From NCBI GenBank assembly GCA_964234715.1, contig OZ174276.1: 64,000 nt of DNA, one strand, 5' to 3'. A model generated the notes under the pieces. The model was given only the letters and a program-made list of their open reading frames with translations. It made no database searches and had not been told where the DNA came from. How positions within the stretch are numbered: the stretch's first letter is position 1; every line of letters starts with the position of its first letter. A program made the translations under genes and the position numbers. Source of the stretch: Podarcis melisellensis. Lineage: Eukaryota. Shown here piece after piece: positions 11,238-24,318 of this stretch.

Positions 11238-11619
11238 GGCGGCGGCCAGCAACCCTCCGGCCGCTACTAGGCGGCCGCAGACATCACCACGGCGGCGCCT
11301 TCCGCGGCGCAGCTCCCATTGGCCCAGCTGAGCTCCGCCGCCCGCTGATTGGCCCCCGCGGGGCCGAACTCGCCAAAGATCTCCGGAGTGAACCGCAGCT
11401 CCATTATGCCTCGTCCTGATTGGGCCGCCGCTACGTCCGATGGCGTAGAACGTTTCTTGCCCTTACCGCTGGTGGCGGCGTCCGGCTGTGACAGCTACTT
11501 CCCGCTCGCCGGAGGATTGGATTGGCTGGGCTCGCTCAGGCTCGCCGTCCGATTGGAGCACGTCAAGTTCCGGAAGGCGTGACGGTGAAGCTTCCACATG
11601 CTCGGGCTCGGAAATTGCC
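11238..11619. promoter_or_regulatory. CpG-island bidirectional promoter shared by NDUFAF8 and TEPSIN
   Basis: 382 bp between divergent ATGs (11237 minus, 11620 plus), GC/CpG rich. Six ATTGG (CCAAT/NF-Y) boxes at 11318, 11348, 11419, 11516, 11521, 11552; ETS-like TTCCGGAAG near 11568. Confidence 0.85.
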
Positions 11620-14600
11620 ATGGCGGCGGTACCTCTGCGGGATCGGCTGAGCTTCTTGAGCCGGGTATAGAAGGGAGAAAGCGCTGCTGAGTGGGAGCTT
11701 GGGGGCGGGGGTGCCGTGGGGAAGAGCGCCTGGGGTGCCTGTTGCTGGTGTGGTAGTTTGTCAGTGTTGCTCCATTTAAAATCTCTGGGTTTGGAAATAC
11801 ACCTTGCCAGAAAAAGGCTCGGCGGGGAACCCTTTTCCCCTGACACCATTAGTGAAAGGAGCTTCTTTTTCTTTTGGAAAAGCAAAAAGAGGGAGCATCC
11901 ACTCATCCAGCACTTGCACACCGAACTGATGCGATCTTTGTGAAGAGCTTCACCAAATTATTCTATTGCAGTTACGAATGGGGCTTGAGCCTTATAGCAC
12001 AATTGTTGAGGGTTATAGCGATGAAATCTTTATACAAAAGCATATTTCTTTGAGATAGTGAGTCAAAACTCCCAGGGCCAGATTACCAAATAGGCAGAGT
12101 AGGTACGGGCCTAGGGGCACCATGACAACGGATCAAAATGATATTGGTTTGATCTTGAAAGAAAATTACAATCAAGCTTTCTTAGTTCAGTGTCATCCTG
12201 GTAGAGCCAAGGGAGGGGCGAGATTTCAACTGCCTAGGGGCCTGCACAGGTTTGCAGTATATGTTTGCCTCATGTAGGAGTCTTTGCTTTGATAATAAGA
12301 CTAGATTTGGTTGCTTTGGGAACTTTACAATTGCGCCAGATGAAGTGATTAATGGGGGTGGAGATGTATAATACTGTAATGGTCATCATCCCCAAGAAGG
12401 ACTAGTGTATGAGTTGGTCTTGTTCCATCCTCGTAACTGTGATTTGTGCTAGTTGTTTCTAAGCTGCTGAGTTGTCAGGGCCACCATGCTGTAATATGGT
12501 CACATAGCTTGAAACTGGGATGGGAACTCTTGTAAATCCTGCAGTTCAGGTGTTATGGGAAAAAGAAAGCTTTATGGATGAATGTTTACCTCAGTAACAA
12601 TACAAAGTCTGATTAAACTGACCAGTTGCTGCACCAGAAAATTGTATCTGGAGCAGATACATCATTAGTAGTATTAGTATTACTTTATATACCACATATG
12701 CCAAAATGGCTTCTAAGCAGTTTACAACTATGAAATCAATTATAAAATCCATACATAATTGGTTGTATCCAACTACGTTCTATTCAGTCAACCTGTTGAA
12801 ATTAATGAACCTTGTGTTCATTTACAGGGCTCTGAACAACTTATATCCAGGTTACCTTGCCTAAAGACACAAAATAGTGTCTTTGGCATCCTCAGTTCAG
12901 CACTATGAAATACTCTGCCAATAGAGATTAAGCAGAACTTTTCTTTACTACAATCTGTGACTGTTGTCAAGTGGAGCTGTGGGTTTGGGGGTGGGATACT
13001 ACTTCTTAGCTGCAGCTTCATGGATCGAGTCAGGAGTAGCATGCAGGGACAAAAAATGCAATTCTTGCCTTTTGAGAAGGTGCCGTGTTATTTGTCTCAG
13101 TGACTTTTCTTTTTGTGTGTTTCTTTCTCTCTCTTCCCCCTTTCCCATTCCAGCTACCCATTCTAATCAAAGGTACCTCAGATGATGAAGTCCCATGCCC
13201 GGGGTACCTGTTTGAAGAGATGGCCAGTATCCTTTGCTCCCTGAAAGAGTTGGCTCTTCGGTCTCAACTGGGGGTTTCTTTGGTTACTGTGATGCTTGCT
13301 TTTCCTAGGAAGAGCAGAGGCTAGTGATTAGAACAGAGGCCCAATCTATCTAATGACGTGGGAGCTAATTCAAGCAGAAGTTAGCTCAATACAAATTGCT
13401 TCTTTGCCTTTTGGGTGACATCTGTGATAGCTGATTATTCTGGTATGAAAAATAAGAAACGTAGAAAACAGCAGTGTTTACTAAGCTACTTGGATTCCTA
13501 GAACAGGGATGGTATGGGGAACCTATGGCAATAAGGCTCGTCAGACCTCCCTATTTGGTCCATGAGGCCATTTTGACCAAGCTACACCCACCAGCCCTAC
13601 CTTTGATGTCATATACACTGTGTCATATATAGTGTGGGCCAAAGGGAATTTTCAGACATGGCCAGTCAGGTGATTGTTAGCACCTGCAAAGACCTGCGCA
13701 CAGCACTTTGCAAGCCCCAACTATCATCTGATTGTCAGGGCTTGCAAAGTGATGTGCTCAACAATCAGCTGATCGTCCATGGAGGCAAAAATGAGTGACC
13801 TGATGGCATGGAGATATTGGAGGATTGACAAGTGGACAGCCCCGCCCACCTATCAAATGTGGACTGCAGAGAGTGGGGTAGATAAGGAGCCAGCCCCCCT
13901 CCAGATACATGCATATGCTTTCCTATCCCTTCCCAATAATTCACCCACACTTTAACCCAAAGTATATCTCCAGCAAGTTTAATTGTTTCAGATCTGCACG
14001 TAAACTTTTTTAAAAAAGAAAATTCCACTGTTGCTATATGCCAAAAACAAATAGCATTTCTTACTCTGCTGAAGGAGAGTACAAGTCAAATCATAGTGTG
14101 GCATAAACAGCAGCTGAAACCTGGCACCTTGGGCAGGGCCTGGCACGACCTTCCAGGTGATCCTTCACCATCAGTCCCTTTACTTTCCTGGCTCCTTAAC
14201 ATCACAAACTTCCAGAGATCTCACATGACTCAGCAGGAAGCAGTCACTGCCTTCTTGAGTACCTCCTCAATCGCCTTCAGAGCAACTCGTGTAACGTCAA
14301 GTTGAAGGTAATTGAAAGAGGGTAGAGGAAAAGGGTTGCTCCTTAGAGCAGAGATGCCCTTAGATCTTGAGACAACTCCCCTTTGCTTTGTGGATTTCCA
14401 GCCCAGTACTCCTAATCCCAGCTAAGCCTCCCCTCTGCATCCTCAGGTGCTGAAGATCCTGCTCCACATGTGCAGCCATGGCTCCTCACATTTCCTTCTG
14501 CAGCTGAAGCGGAATGCTTCCTTCATCCAGGAGGCCACAGGTAGGCAAGACGTGGTGGGTTGGCTATATTGATAAACAAGGAAGAGTATCTTCCTAATAT

Positions 14601-17600
14601 TCATATAACACTTTAAGGGCCAAACGTAATCTATATTAGCTCCATATCTGTGCTCTTAAGTGCAGGGTTTATTCTGAACTCCATTGACCAGAGTATGGTG
14701 CCTGACCTAAATTATCACAACTGATGATTTCTCCCCACATTCCACTGAATATAGAGTTGTTATTTACTATTGCATTTTACTGTTTAGGGAAGCTTTGAAT
14801 GTTTGATGGATTACTGTATTTTAATATTTTGTTGGAAGTCGCCCAGAGTGGCTGGGGAAGCCCAGCCAGATGGGCGGGGTATAAATAGATGATGATGATT
14901 TATTACTGATAACTAAAGCAAATGATGAAATGGACCTATGCAACACTTTCCACTTTTCAACAAATACCGAAATAAAAGTGCCCATAAAAATTCAGAAAGA
15001 AAGTGCCCTAGAAATTCATGTTATGCAAGAAAACTCATTGAGAGGTAACTGCTCCTCCAACAGTTCACTTCTCAATGAGTTTTCTTGCATTACTGGATTT
15101 CTGGGGGCATCTTTATGGGCACGCACCATAATTGTACTGTAATATCTCTCCTTTATATATTTTGTTTTGCCACATAATAAGTTGCAAGACACTGTGGATA
15201 AACATGTCTTTTTTCTGTTTGGGCCAGTCTTCAATGTTGGGAATATTAGCACCGTAAAGTGCTGCATAGGCGGTTTTTTGCTGCTGAGAGACAGTGAAAT
15301 TAATCAACGCAACGGTTGGTCTTGGGACTGTGCAAGGGAGTGGGCCCCAGGAAACCTACCTTGTTTAGGGCACCCAGGTATGAGCCCCTCTCTCACACCT
15401 GCTCCTCTGCCTTGCAGTGTTTGCAGGGCCTCCTGATCCTCTCCATGGCAACAGCTTGTATCAGAAGGTGCGGGTGACTGCGCAGGTGAGTAAAAAGTCC
15501 TGGTCACAAGAGATCTGGGCAGGCTCTTAAAGTCCTTTCACATGGTAGGCTTTCTGCCTGGCTTCTTCACCTGGTTGCCGCTAGCGTACTTCTTTCCTTT
15601 GCAGGACCTGGCAAGCGCTTTGTTTTCAGATGTGTTGCTACCCCAGCCTGTTGCTATTCCACCTAAAGAGCTGCCTTCAACAGGTAAGCCACTTATTCCC
15701 AGGGGAACAGAAATCTATTCAGCATCCAGACTCCTCCTGAAAAGTCTTGGATCCTTTTGCACTTATATATATAAAACATTTAATTAGTTTTTTTTAACAT
15801 ATCATTTTCAACAATAATTAAACATACTTTTATATCTTATACAATTTTTTGACTTCCATCAATCACATCTGAAAATTTTCCAATCTATTCACTTAATTTA
15901 CATTTCTTACTTTCACTATTACACTTAAATCTCATAACTAATATCTCTCTTCTTTTTCTACTTTGCAATATTTCATATATTTCTCCTTACAAAACTTATT
16001 GTACTCCTACTAGCGTAATTTGTTGATTACGTTTGCTCTTCAAATAGTTTGTATATTTCTTCCAATCTTCTGTAAATCTCTGGTCCTGCAGGTTTCGAAT
16101 CCTTTTGCACTTTTTCAAAACAGTTCACTTCCGTATTCAACAGAGTGTTTCACTTTTTGTCCTGTCTATACAGGCTTTTCAGTGTGGATTCAACCAGCAC
16201 TGCTTCTTGCAGGGGGAGATGCAAAAGTGGCCTTGGAACCTCCCCCTGTTCATACTGTTTGACCTGAAACCATATTTTTTTTAAGTCCAGAAGGCTCAGC
16301 TAGCGCTTGCCTGTGAGCAAAATATCCCTGATGCTTTTGTGAGGTGGTTGAGATAAAAACTTCAGTATGGAATCTGATTTTCATGTGCAACTATTTAAAA
16401 AGGGACCTTGTAAGCTATGATTGTCTATCATAAGGACACACCACACCCAACCCTTGCATGTTCTGTTGGTGCGAAAGGAAAGCCGTACTCAAGGCAACCT
16501 AAGACTTCCCATGTCAATAGGCTGTTCATGCTGACTTCCCATCTCACCTTGACGTGATAGCATATGCATGCTGGTAGGAAATAAGCATGCCACCACCATA
16601 CTGAGCTTGCTTTTCATTTATGCTTGTTTTATCGCCTCTCTTTCCAGGAATGGGCTCCAGGCCCAGCCCCCATGGCTCACTCCAAGGCTTTGGCTTTGAA
16701 AGAAGTGGCTCCGGTAAGCATTGGGTTTGGAAGTCTTGAGTGTTACTACTACTGTCCTTGAGGAGCACCCCCAGTTCTTAGGACAAGGTCACCATGCTGC
16801 CTGCATGCTGGATCTCAGCCCCTGCTCCAATGCTACGTGATACCTGCCAATAGCTCTCCTCTTGGCTTCTAAGCCACTTTGAGAATTTGCACTGTAAAGA
16901 AGGCCAACATGGTTCAGGCAAGGGCAACTGAGGCCCTGAAATGAAGGTACTGAAGGGAAGGACCCAAGTCTTTTCCTGCATGAAGCTTTCATCTACTTAG
17001 GGCAGCATTGTTCTCCTGCTCTAGAAAGAGGAACATCAGCAACCAAACATATCCTAGTATCTTGAAGATCCAAGGCTGGTATAAGTGGAGGAAGCCTCTT
17101 TCAGTGGTCTTGGACTCGTCTTCCATTCTTGGGCTCTCTTTCCAGAATTAACGACTATGGTTTGGTGTCCTTTGGAAGGCTTCTTCCTGTGCCCTGGGGT
17201 TTTCTCAGTGTCTATAGTGTATAGACCAACAACTTTCAGATGTTGCTTGACTGCAGCCCCCATCATTTCTGACCACTGGCTATGTTGGCCGGGGCCAATG
17301 AGAGTTGGGAGTCCAACAACATCTGGAGGGCACCACGTTGGCTGCTTGTGGTATAGGCTGACAAACCACTATGCCCTGACCTGCCCTGACCTTTGTTACT
17401 GTTGCAGCATCCACTGGCAAAGTTCTGCTGGCCACCATCCAGAAGGCAGCGGAGGTGGTTGCCAATGCCATGCTCCCTGGTCAGGAGCTCCCTTGTCCCC
17501 ATGGTAGGGAGCTGAAGGATGATGCCTACGAGCCAGTGACAGCACCTTTTCCAGGCAAAAGCTCCGTCTTGCCTACAAAGCCACCTTCTGTCATTGTCCA

Positions 17601-20600
17601 TAAGAAGCGAGGTAAGTGCCTCTGAATGACAGCTGCTGGGAATGGCAGGTGGGTAGAGTGCTGCTGTTTGTGCTCAGGTCTTGCTTTTGGACTTCCTGTG
17701 AGCATCCTGCTGGCCACTGTGAAAACAGGAAGTTGGGCTAGAAGGGCCACTGGCCCGTTCAGCAGGCTTTTCTTATGCTCTTATAAAGCATGGTATATCC
17801 TGTTTTCAAAACTTGTATGGAAACTTTATAGAAAGAGGAGCAAATGTTAGGCACTTAGAGCTTCCCTGCATTAGTGAGGTGGAATAGAAGAAGGCACTTC
17901 TAGGGTACAACTGTCTACTAGCTGGTGCAAAATAATATTGTAATTCAAGCAAAATCCTTTTCATGTTGCTCGTACTGGGAGTGTTAATAACAAATTCTTA
18001 TCCCAGATCTTGCTCTGGGGATGGGAGGCAAGTTGACGACTCTCTGGTTATGGATTGTAGTTTTTTGGCGTTGAGATACGGTGGGAGGGGTGTGCAGATG
18101 CCTTCCCTGAACTTAGTTTCTGAGATGCGATGGGCTTCAGTTCTTCCTCCATGGCTGCTCCTCTGAAAATCTTTTGCAGCGACCCATCAGCCGGGGCAAG
18201 CAGGAGGTGGCTGGGAGGAGCTGGACAGTGGGCAAAGCTCCCAGAATTCCTTGCAGGAGAACAGTGAGCTGAGTAGGACATCGGATTCCTACAGTAAGTC
18301 GGGCAGCGACAACCACTCAGGTGCTCTGGAGCCAGGGAGCATTGCTGAAAGGTGAGCGAGCTGGGGAGGGCAAGTGGCTGGGAATGGGCCTGGGCCAACT
18401 GCTTGCACCTTCAAGATGCACCTGTATGTGAGAATCTCTTGTGGGGCATGGGGGAGAAAGAACAGGCTTGTCAGCTTCCTTCTCCCCACCATTCACAGGA
18501 CAGATGCTGAGAACCTTGGCGACTGCCTGCAGGAAGTGAGCCTCGTCAGCAAACTCACCACAGGCTCCAAGGTGTTCCTGACACGCGAGGAGACCCAGCA
18601 TTTTATCAAGGAGTATGAACACCCTTTCTAACCAAGCCGTCTCTTGACCCTTCTCCTCCTCACTTCCACCTCTTCTGCATTACTGTAGAAGTACTCAAAA
18701 CACATCGGGTAGCATTCTCCTGACCAGCTCCCTCAGCAGAAGCCCTGTGTGAGGACCTTTGCTGGAGCAACAAGACTCTTTCCTGCCCCCCATGCCCCTA
18801 TGAAATTGGATTTGGGGTGGGAGGTAGCAGGAGAAACCAGCATACAGGTGAAGGGGGGGAGGACTGTTCCACCTGGCAAACTGCAATGCTTGCACAGAAG
18901 GAACAATAGAAAGAATGTGATGTTGAATTCCACCCATAGCCCAGCCCCAGTCCTTGCATGGCTATGCATCCATTTTGTATCTGGGCCCAAGCACTTGTGC
19001 ACTCGAGACAAAAAATCCAAATGGTGCCTGTTGCAACATTCATTAGCAATAGGAACAGCTGGCAGCTTGCCACTTCTTAATGTTTTTCTTACCCCCCCCC
19101 CACCTGCCTCATTTGTGAAGAACTGTCCATTAGTCATGTAAAAAGGGTGCTTTGATGCTCCTTGCCCCTCTTGGATTAGGAGAGCAAGGAAGGTCCAGGA
19201 GAGACCAGGCCACTCTTTTTTTTCCCCTTGCCTTGCAAAACTTCTCCCTGCTCTTCTCTCTCTCTCTCTTTTTTTTTTTTTGGCTGTTGGGCTCAGCACT
19301 GTCCCTCTCCATAGGTGTGGGCTGCTGAACTGCGAAGTGGTCTTGGCTATCCTCAACCGAACCCTGAAGGACCCCAGTGAGTGTGTTTGCATGGTGAGTC
19401 TACTGGAAAAGCAATTGTGGAGGGAAAAACAGTCTGGATTACTTCCAGCTCAGAGCTGAAATAGCTGTTGGGAAATGGAACTCTTTGGCCACATTGGGGG
19501 GGGGGGGGGCTGGCTGCAATCTCATTGAGGGTTGGAGCCTAGGACTAATATTTTTTTTTATTGCCACATAAGGGTGGGCTGTGGAGCAAGAGCAGCTTCG
19601 GTTTGTTTCTTTCCAGTGAAGCAACATATTATGAGAGGCCCAAATGAGTGCTGATGTTCAAGCTGGACCCAGTGTGCAAGCCCAGGATCTTCTTAACCCT
19701 GCTGCTTTCCTTTCTCCCCACAGAGAGCCATGTGTGCCATCTATTCCCTCATGTGCTCCGACTTGCTCTCCCATGATCAGATATTGGCCATTACTCAGCA
19801 GCACTTGCAAGAGCTCAGTCAAGAGAGTCCTGGACCTGTAGCCAACAAAGCAACAAAGGTAACTCCTGCTTATGTTTCCACCTTTTGTGTATTGAAATCC
19901 TCAAGGGACGCCCCATCAGTCCCACCCTGGCGAGGGATAACTGTAGGCCTATGGTTTTCTACCAGTGTGCCGTGACACCCTGGGGTGTCTTGAATGATAG
20001 TCCTTGGTACCACGGGCAACAAAGGCCTCTGTCCCTCTCTCCTCTGATGCCCTCTTGTGTCTCTGCCTCCCAAAGGCTTGCACACCTGTTTGTTGCAGCA
20101 GCCCCGGCTACAATCTCCCCAGGCTCTTCGTTGTTTTGCTGGGCTTGTTCCTTCTGCACACTGGGCATGATTGTGTGGGTGGACATAAAGTGGCTGGTTC
20201 TATACGTAGCTGTTTTACTGCTCCATTTCACTTGTTTCAGTAGACCAAGACTGGAATATCTCCCTTCGTTCTGCCTCTGGTGCATTCTGGGAGACTTTTG
20301 CCTGCTTTTCGGCAGTGCACGTAACCTAGTTTAGGTTCTACAGCTTGTGCATTGTGGCTTTAATAGAGATGATACAATCATCTGCCTAGAGAAATCTGAC
20401 CTAGCCACAGTTGTGCATGCCTTGGTTACGCCCCTATTAGATACTGTACTGTGCTGTGCTGTATGTGGGGCTGCCCTTTAGGGTAGTTTGGAAACTACAA
20501 CTACTGCAGAGCATGGCTGCTAGAACATCTGAGGCAGCTGGGTGCTGGATCACAGAATCAAAGAATTGTAGAGTTGCAAGGGACCCTGAGTTGCAGTCCA

Positions 20601-22468
20601 GCTCCCTGCAAGGCAGGAATATGCAGCTGTCCCATATGGGGAACGAACCTTCAACCTTGGCATGTTGTTGCTTATCTTCTTCCATTGGTTACATATCTAT
20701 TCATTTCAGGTGCTAACATTTGGTGGTGGTTTTGCCCTTTAAAAAGTAGCCCTAAATAGTTTGAGACAATGCTAGCTGAAAGTTTACCTACAGCTGCATG
20801 AGCTTGCCTAAGCATTGAGATCAGTGTCTGAGACTCTGCTGTCGAGAGCTGTTAGGCTGGTGGGTCTGGGAGGCTGGACTTCCTCTGTGGTAGCCCCATA
20901 CTTTTAGAACATATGATGTCATTACTGCTGATCTCTCTCTCTCTCTCTTTTAAGAAAACACTCTAAAACACATTTCTTCAGGTCTGCATTTGGCTGAATT
21001 GGCACTGTACTTGAAAACAATATTTCACTAGGTTTCTTTTGGGTTTGGGGTTTTTTCCCACATGCTTTGGATCCTTATGAGGTGCCTGGGGAGGTCCGTG
21101 TGGTGTGAAAGGAGACTTAAAATCTTTTAGATAAATAAATGTCTTTGCTATAGCAGCTCTTCAAGATTGCCTGAGAACAAGGCATCGAAGAGTCAGTGGG
21201 AGAAGACAGTAGTTTCTGCCCAAAGTTGATAGCGTTGTTGAAACTAAGACCTGATCTCTGCCTGGAGGGAAGCACTAGGCCCCTCACAGTAATCCAGTGG
21301 TGGTGAACCTCAGGCCCAGGTTCCAGACACAGCCCTCCAAGCCTCTGTACCCAAACCCAGCCGTACCCTTCACTAGCCCTGCTCCATGGTCTCCTGGAAT
21401 GCTTTTGCCTGGCTAAATTGTGCCCTTGAACTGGGATGACAACCTTTTGCTTGCTTGGATGGAGGAAGGATAGATGTGGTGGCTGGTGTGTCACAACCTC
21501 TGAGTACTTTCATTGTACAAAGGCGGGAATTGCATCAATTGCTCCACCAACCTTTTGCCTCTGGCCATCCCCACCATTGGTTTGTGGCCCCTGGAAGGCT
21601 GCCCTGCCCATGTGGCAATGCAGCCCTTGGCCTGGAAAAGGTCCCCCATGCCCTGCATTAGTCACTCTGAGCTTTGCAAGGAAGAGCAAGATATACAAAC
21701 AGAAACTCAAGAAAGCAGACCCTTGAGCACAGTAAAAGTGAATGCAGCAGGGAGGGGTGGAAGTGTTTTCACTAGCCTGGGATGGAGTCGCTATTGGTCC
21801 TCTGCCTGTTGTTAGGCTCTCTTGCTCTCTCTTTTTCTTGTGGTGGGTAGAGCCCTCCTTTCCCTGCTTCTGCTACTATTCTTCTCATACTTGGCACACT
21901 CCCTCTTTCTCTTCTGCCCCACTTTCAACAGATCTTGCGTCAATTTGAAGCACTCAGCAGGAGCCATCCCACTTCCAAGACCTCTTCTCCGGTTCCCGGC
22001 CACTGTGCCCCTGCCAGGACCACACCCAAGCGTCCTGATGACTTACTGGCGGATACAATGCCATTTGCAGAAGAGGCTATCCTCAAACCCCTGAGTCTCG
22101 CGCCACAGCCCTCCCAAGTACCTGAAGTCCTCACCAGGGCTGTGCATCCATCAGAAGGGCAGATGCTGGAACCTGGGTCCTCTGGCCAACTTGGAATTAG
22201 CCAACCACCTGAGCTTGGCCAGCAAGGGCCAGAATGCAGACTCCCAAACCCTGAACCCCAAGAGGACAGGCCTCCAAGAGGTGATCCAGATGGCACAGTT
22301 TCCTTGTTTGCCGGCATGGAGCTGGTCGCACCCTCAAGCATGATATTAGCAGATGCTCTGGAGCAGGAATGTATACCTCCAGATCCCTGGACAGCACCTT
22401 GCACTGGGAGCGCCAGAGCCACTGAGGATAACCAGGGACCATCTGCTTTTTCCTTCCTCAATGCATAG
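11620..22468 (+). CDS. TEPSIN: AP-4 complex accessory subunit tepsin (ENTHD2), 585 aa; exons 11620-11664, 13154-13226, 14216-14307, 14447-14540, 15418-15485, 15605-15683, 16648-16713, 17408-17611, 18180-18351, 18499-18612, 19315-19393, 19724-19858, 21932-22468
   Basis: Spliced product MAAVPLRDRLSFLSR/LPILIKGTSDDEVPCPGYLFEEMA/KISHDSAGSSHCLLEYLLNRL... (ENTH domain), FAGPPDPLHGNSLYQKVR, GGGWEELDSG, VHS-like region (FLTREETQHFIKECGLLNCE...PGPVANKATKILRQFE), C-terminal AP-4 ear-binding motifs LFAGMELV and SAFSFLNA*. Exon lengths sum to 1758 nt with consistent phases. Confidence 0.96.
13227..14215 (+). other. TEPSIN: U12-type (minor spliceosome) GT-AG intron 2 of TEPSIN
   Basis: 5' splice site GTATCCTTT at 13227; branch site TCCTTAAC at 14193-14200, 15 nt before the exon start; no real polypyrimidine tract. 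Confidence 0.9.
14775..14900 (+). mobile_element. L2-type LINE 3' terminal fragment
   Basis: GCCCAGAGTGGCTGGGG...GATGGGCGGGGTATAAAT plus (GAT)n tail; same terminus as the minus-strand copy at about 45958-46289. Confidence 0.6.
15770..16140 (-). mobile_element. L1 3' end fragment
   Basis: AT-rich with a T-rich tail; similar in character to the other L1 3' ends in the window. Confidence 0.55.
20340..20960 (+). mobile_element. Old L2 LINE remnant
   Basis: Degenerate match to the L2 RT C-terminal segment (LATVVHALVT..LD....LYVGLP..KLQLLQ..AAR) seen at 31150-31270. Confidence 0.55.
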
Positions 22469-24074
22469 CAGTTCCCTTTGGGCTATGGGACAGCTTGAGA
22501 TAGCACCAAATGGATGCGTTTTTCTAGCTCTCTCTGAACTGTTACACAGCTGCCTATAGCTAGAGGGTGCGATTCTCTTATGCTGTTGTTCTTCATTCCC
22601 GAAAGAGGGGAAGAGGCAACATCTCTCGCTACACCTCTTATTTCTGCTAGGTCATTGCAAGCATGAAGGAAGACATGAATGTTCAACACTGCCTTTTTAT
22701 TTTCATTGTTTTCAGTGTTTCTTATTGAACAACAAAAGCACAATCCAACATCTACAATATAGTCTGTTTTCATATAACTGGTTGCTGCAAAAGTGACAGA
22801 TATACTCCCTTTACTCTTCCCTTTTCAATTTAAAATCCATTTCCACTTTTATGTTGTTGTTTTTCTACGTCCTCTGCTTGTTACCTTGGGATTCTGACCA
22901 TAAGAAATGAGGCAGCCTTAAAGAACACTGGCAAACACTAAGGCGCTTCTGATTCTGTTGTGCCAAGAACTGAAGGTGAGCTAATGGTGAGGTCATTTTC
23001 ATAGTCAGCAACTTCTGCTATCCTTAAACCTCAGTTCAGCCTTACTCTACAGCAGTCTCCAGTCCTACTGTGGACTGGGTGGCTCTCTGTACTGCCTGGT
23101 TCTGCTGAAGCTTGAAATTGAGCTAACTCTTATAGCAAAATCTACTCTCTCCCCACTCTTTCTTATGGGTCCAGGCAGGCAGATTGTAGCAGAGTTGCTG
23201 TCAGGCTCTGTACATGAGTGGGGCTTTGAACATACAAACCACCAGGATATTAGAAGTGGTACAGCTGGCATTGCTTACCAGCACACTCCATTCATCAAAT
23301 CCTGTAGCACAGAGCCTCCTGCAAAGCTTCAATCAGAACAGAGAAACTTTCTGTTGGGATTATTTATTAATAAACAAGTAGAAAACAACATAATGCCCCA
23401 ATGTAAATGGAGGTGTTTATTCTTAGAGTGCTATATTCAGTTCCTGTCTGCACCCTTTTACCTGCTTCACGGGTACTTGGTTCAGGAAATACTATACACT
23501 ATATCAGGGACTTCACCACAGCTGTGCCGTAACCAGATCTGCTTCCAAGTGGTGACTGTTCTGTGGTTAGGCCATGGGAGGGGAGTATACTCCGCACTTT
23601 CATATATGCCAGAACTGGTCCCTGGTACAAATTAAGCCCTGCCTTTGGATTTCCTATCACCAGTATTAATAGTAACTAATACTGTTGAGATGAATTCATA
23701 CAACAGGCGCATGCAGCTATTAGTAGATATGTTTCTCAAGTCATCATCTACACTCAGAATGACTTTGGTGTGTTTTTTTTAAGGAGCCCTGGGCAAACTA
23801 TTGACAGACACTTAAAAATTGAATGGGGGGGACGGAGAGATATGATAATAGGGTTTTAGGTGTTTTCTCCAAAGTTAAATAGAACCTCTCCATCTTCTCT
23901 CGTATGCACTCCCATCTGCTCCCAGAGCATTGGAACCACAGGACAGGTTTGGATAGCATGGGGTCAGGGAGAGGGAGGTGCAGTTGTATAGTGCAAGCAG
24001 AAGTCCTTGCATGAACAGGACAATTTTGTTGGATGCAACCCACAGCGGCTGGTGACGTCACAGGAATCTTCCAA

Positions 24075-24318
24075 GAGAACCAGTGTGGTGTAGTGGTTAA
24101 GAGCGGTGGACTCGTAATCTGGTGAACCGGGTTCGATTCCCCGCTCCTCCACATGCAGCTGCTGGGTGACCTTGGGCCACTCACACTTCTCTGAAGTCTC
24201 TCAGCCCCACTCACCTCACAGAGTGTTTGTTGTGGGGCAGGAAGGGAAAGGAGAATGTTAGCCGCTTTGAGACTCCTTAGGGTAGTGATAAAGCGGGATA
24301 TCAAATCCAAATCCAAAC
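24075..24318 (+). mobile_element. Full-length tRNA-derived SINE
   Basis: Pol III A box TGGTGTAGTGG and B box GGTTCGATTCC, CORE-like GGGTGACCTTGGGC, L2-like tail AGCCGCTTTGAG...AAAGCGGGATAT; flanking direct repeat TCTTCCAA (24067-24074, 24319-24326). Confidence 0.85.

Noticed and set aside
18613-18620. TEPSIN donor GA/GTATGA as a second U12 site
   Set aside because: Lacks the TCCT core and a U12 branch point; a weak U2 donor.
18733-20334. Overlapping 108-219 aa ORFs in TEPSIN introns
   Set aside because: Run through low-complexity tracts or antisense to exons; no homology recognised.
21940-22461. 173-aa minus-strand ORF
   Set aside because: Antisense to the TEPSIN last exon.
24081-24155. 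tRNA gene
   Set aside because: It is the tRNA-derived head of a SINE: continues into SINE body and tail, with no proper acceptor stem.
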